Shown here one piece after another: positions 60,877 to 64,000 of a stretch of DNA of 64,000 bases. The position numbers and the translations under genes are program-made. The DNA lies in the NCBI GenBank assembly GCA_964229765.1, contig CAXREJ010000053.1, positions 121,129-185,128 on the forward strand, read 5' to 3'. How positions within the stretch are numbered: position 1 is the first letter of the stretch; each line of letters opens with the position of its first letter. The notes beneath the pieces are model-generated. The model ran no database searches. It saw only the letters and a list, made by a program, of their open reading frames with translations, and was not told the origin of the DNA. The stretch comes from Bdellovibrionales bacterium. Lineage in GTDB: Bacteria; Bdellovibrionota; Bdellovibrionia; Bdellovibrionales; JAGQZY01.

Positions 60877-62292
60877 TTAAAATCCATCAAGATTTACAAA
60901 TTGGAATGGAACGTCTTTTTCTTTTGATAGTTTTCTTTGTAAAAACAAGTCACCCGTTACAATATCATCTGACACAAGTAAGTGGTTCTCTAAACCTTCA
61001 CCAGCCAATACAAAGTTATAAACATCACCTTTGTAAGTTTTGGAAGTCATAGCGACAATTGAGGTCCAGCTGCCATTTGAAAGAAACTGATCAGCAATTG
61101 TTACTTCTTTTGCTTGAATCACTCCACGTTGAGTTAACATTGGGTGAGCATCGGTTACAGTCACCTTTTTAGAGTTCTTTAATTTAAATTCAATAACTGG
61201 TTTTAATTCAGGACCTTTTACAATCTCTTCGATTTGAGACATTTTACCATTAGATAAAAGAACCTCATCACCCTTTCTCAATAATTCCACATCCATAGAA
61301 GTGTTTTTAGAAACTTGAATTTTAGTTCCTTCAACAAAACAACCCATTCCAAGTCTATGTCCAAGTTCTGAACAGTATTGAACATCGGCTTCAACCAGGA
61401 TAAATTGAGGAGTGTCTTTAAATTCAATATCTCGAACGAACTCACCTATAACTTCACCTTTTTTCATGTTGTTAACATAAGTTTCCATAACTTCGGCCAC
61501 GCCACCTGAAATGATAGCACTGGTTGTGAAGTCTGCTTCATCAACAAACTTATGACGATTGTGAAACAACACTAAACCTTGGTTTAATGTTTTAATGGCA
61601 GCATTATCACAAAGCTGATCAATGCGTGTGTCCTCAAGTCCCGTGGTGATATCATCTTTAATGTGACCTTTACCAGCATCATGAGTCATTTTAACTCCAT
61701 TATTGCGGATATGACCTAAGATCACCTTTGAAATCTCTTCTAGATCGTGCACACTTTCGTCTTTACAACTTCCATTAGCATTAGCATCAATACATAAAAG
61801 TAACTCAACAGAATCACCACGGTAACTAACATCCACTTGTAAGTCTTTAAGCTCTTTCACAAGATCTGGATTATCTCCTAAAGAACCAAAGTCCTTTATA
61901 AGCTTTTCTCCATCTTCATCAATGAGAGTGGCAATGACGGGAAGCTCTTTATGACACTGTAATCCGTATTTAATTACATCCAGTTCACCAACAAAACAAC
62001 TGGGAACAGGGATTGTTCCTAATTCAAAAGTGGGAAGAATTTCAGTCGGCTCTTCTCCACCAGAACCACCCGTTCCTTCACCATCAATACTACCACCCGA
62101 ACCATTTCCACCAAGACTTCCGCCATCACCATTTGGATTCAATCCATCTTGTCCATTCAGACGAGAGATATCATCGTGAATAGAATTATAAGTGACTCCA
62201 TTTGTCCCTAAAAGGGCCGAGAAAATACCACCACAACCTGTTAAAAATAGTGATGCAATTGATAAAGCTAAGAGTGTACGTAATTGAGACAT
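60877..62292 (-). CDS. Lipoprotein with Gly-rich linker and C-terminal Hint (intein/hedgehog-like) domain
   Basis: Start placed at ATG 62292 (GGAGGG RBS). Lipobox LFLTGC|GG and Gly-rich segment GDGGSLGGNGSGGSIDGEGTGGSGGEE. Hint blocks: CFVEGTKI (Cys codon 61339-61341), VTDAHPMLT, VYNFVLAGEGLENHLLVSDDIVTGD. Confidence 0.7.
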   Translation of the reverse strand: MSQLRTLLALSIASLFLTGCGGIFSALLGTNGVTYNSIHDDISRLNGQDGLNPNGDGGSLGGNGSGGSIDGEGTGGSGGEEPTEILPTFELGTIPVPSCFVGELDVIKYGLQCHKELPVIATLIDEDGEKLIKDFGSLGDNPDLVKELKDLQVDVSYRGDSVELLLCIDANANGSCKDESVHDLEEISKVILGHIRNNGVKMTHDAGKGHIKDDITTGLEDTRIDQLCDNAAIKTLNQGLVLFHNRHKFVDEADFTTSAIISGGVAEVMETYVNNMKKGEVIGEFVRDIEFKDTPQFILVEADVQYCSELGHRLGMGCFVEGTKIQVSKNTSMDVELLRKGDEVLLSNGKMSQIEEIVKGPELKPVIEFKLKNSKKVTVTDAHPMLTQRGVIQAKEVTIADQFLSNGSWTSIVAMTSKTYKGDVYNFVLAGEGLENHLLVSDDIVTGDLFLQRKLSKEKDVPFQFVNLDGF

Positions 62293-62558
62293 CAGTCCCT
62301 CCCCCCAAAAAATTAATTCCCATTGCAATGTTAATAGTGCAAAAAGAATACCGTCCAAAAACTGTTTATTTTCTTTTAGAGAGACAAAATTTGTTAACTT
62401 CTCACATTATTGTAAATAAGCTCTTCATTTTTCTCAAAATGAGAATTTCTAAAGATTAATGCAATCAATACAGTTGAGATCTTAGATAGTATTTAAAACC
62501 GTAATTTTTTATAGGTTTGTAACTATAAATAAGAAGCTATTTTGAATAGCAGCAAAAA

Positions 62559-64000
62559 TTATTTATTTTTTTCAATAGCTTTAAAAGAATAATATCCAAA
62601 ATCTCCAATATAATAATTTTTGATGTAGTCTTGAACTTGGACTGGCTTTGAAACCATAACAAGAGGAGCAAAAGGCATTTGTTTTTGATAATAGGATTCG
62701 GCCTCATTGAAGACTGTTATTCGATCTTTTGGAGTTTTAGTTGAGTTGGCCTTCTCAACAAGTTGTTTCAGTTTTGGCATTCCTTCTGATCCAAAGTACT
62801 CTCCATATGCAAAATCATAGAAAATGGATGGATCTTCTACTGGCGAGGTATAGGGCAATATAGCCAATTGAAACTCTCGATCATTGAGTTTTTGGCTCAT
62901 AATTTTATGAGGATTGATTTCAATATCAACTTTCAGATTGAGTTTATGTTTTAATTGGTACTGAATATTTTCAGCGGCTGTTTGGCAAAATGGGATTTTC
63001 CAAGTGGCTATTTTTAAATTGTGATTATTCAAGTGAGAGACAAGTTCTATATCAGCTCTACTTATTTCTTCTTTGATGGACTTTATTTGTTCAATCCCTG
63101 GTGAGATAGTGGGATAGAGAGTGCGATAAGGTACAAATCCTTCACCAAGGCTTTTTATTAATTCATCTCGATTAATAGCTCGCGCAAAGACCTGACGTAA
63201 TTCAGGACTCTTAAAGAGGGGATTCGTTAAATTAAAATTGAACAAGAGAACAGCATAATTAACTCGACTCTTAACCGATGGATCTTTTTTATGAATTATA
63301 TGGCTTGGAACTTCGAAATTAAGATCAATTTCACCCTGTTTAAAAAGCCTATGAGCCGTATTTTGATCTTCGATGGATAAGAATTGTATATATTCAAAAC
63401 TTGGTTTTTGACCAAAGTAATGGGCGTTTCTTTTTAATATGAGTTCTCCTGCATCAGTTTTTGCATAAGGGACAAAGGCTCCCGTCACAGGAACATCCAG
63501 GCGTTCTCCCCAACTTTGAGGATATTTTTCCACATGATCCAATCGAATGGGGTAAAAGCAAGGAAGAATCAGATAGTTTATAAATTGTAGTGAGGGCGTT
63601 TCAAGGGTGAATTCCAGGATATTTCCTTCTTTTATTTTTATTCCTACGGCATCTTGATTCACTTCGCCTTTATAATATTTCTCAGCATTTTTTATTTTAA
63701 ACAAAGTATCAACACGAGCGATTCCGTTTTTTGGATTTAAAATATAGAAAAACTGGTCAAGAAAGTGTTGAACTTTAAGAAGTTTACCATCTGACCATTT
63801 TATCCCTTTGCGAATTTGAAATTGCCATAATTCACCCTTATTTTGAGTTGTCCATTTCTCAGCTATAGCCGGCACGATGGCATTCTGTTTTTTTGAAAAA
63901 TCATAAGAGATTAAACCATCCATAACATTATTAATCGGCACGAAGGATCGAATGAGTGAAGCCCGATTCCAGTCAAATGTGGGGTTAAAGAACCCATTGT
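62559..64000 (-). CDS. ABC-transporter substrate-binding protein, family 5 (peptide/nickel type), N-terminus beyond the right window edge
   Basis: The listed ORF starts at GTG 63941, but the frame stays open to position 64000 (...NGFFNPTFDWNRASLIRSFVPINNVMDGLISYD). The SBP_bac_5 pattern IVPAIAEKWT....W.F.IRKGIKWSDG is present. Confidence 0.75.
   Translation of the reverse strand, partial: NGFFNPTFDWNRASLIRSFVPINNVMDGLISYDFSKKQNAIVPAIAEKWTTQNKGELWQFQIRKGIKWSDGKLLKVQHFLDQFFYILNPKNGIARVDTLFKIKNAEKYYKGEVNQDAVGIKIKEGNILEFTLETPSLQFINYLILPCFYPIRLDHVEKYPQSWGERLDVPVTGAFVPYAKTDAGELILKRNAHYFGQKPSFEYIQFLSIEDQNTAHRLFKQGEIDLNFEVPSHIIHKKDPSVKSRVNYAVLLFNFNLTNPLFKSPELRQVFARAINRDELIKSLGEGFVPYRTLYPTISPGIEQIKSIKEEISRADIELVSHLNNHNLKIATWKIPFCQTAAENIQYQLKHKLNLKVDIEINPHKIMSQKLNDREFQLAILPYTSPVEDPSIFYDFAYGEYFGSEGMPKLKQLVEKANSTKTPKDRITVFNEAESYYQKQMPFAPLVMVSKPVQVQDYIKNYYIGDFGYYSFKAIEKNK

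Noticed and set aside
60849-61052. 67-aa plus-strand ORF, and 62202-62459 (+), around the Hint-domain gene
   Set aside because: They are antisense shadow ORFs. The first would begin inside the bidirectional terminator.
1-64000. CRISPR arrays, rRNA operons, IS elements or transposases
   Set aside because: I saw no regularly spaced direct repeats, no rRNA-like conserved blocks, and no transposase-like ORF with terminal inverted repeats. The only recombinase is the 179-aa tyrosine recombinase.

Overview
Low-GC (roughly 35-40% by eye), very gene-dense bacterial chromosomal window. I support about 58 protein-coding genes, including two apparent frameshift or split genes. I recognised no rRNA, tRNA, CRISPR array or IS element. 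Many genes overlap by 1-20 nt (ATGA, TAATG, GTGA junctions), and convergent genes are often only 8-16 nt apart.

The content mixes housekeeping genes (hemB, apt, trkAH, leucine and glutamate dehydrogenases, glutaryl-CoA dehydrogenase, a BamB/YfgM-like pair, an RND efflux operon) with many lipoproteins, secreted hydrolases and small outer-membrane beta-barrels. This resembles a predatory Bdellovibrio-like or Bacteriovoracaceae-type organism. That is inference only and cannot be confirmed without a database search.

Most notable observations:
1. A translationally coupled ion-flux cluster (32453-41481). Its centre is a 1404-aa ORF fusing a CPA2/Kef-type antiporter domain to a long helical region, a P-loop (AAA_16/ORC-like) ATPase and a winged-helix-like tail.
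2. An alpha-carbonic-anhydrase homologue in which all three zinc-ligand histidines appear substituted.
3. A fused E1 alpha-beta 2-oxoacid dehydrogenase coupled to a FabD-like acyltransferase that seems to lack the malonyl-binding Arg.
4. A secreted LAS/M15-type zinc peptidase coupled to a small periplasmic Cys protein.
5. A lipoprotein ending in a Hint (intein/hedgehog-like) domain, next to a minimal tyrosine recombinase and a secreted ParB-like nuclease.
6. Several conspicuous palindromic or repeated candidate operators.

All functional calls come from motif recognition by eye in the supplied translations. No similarity search was run.
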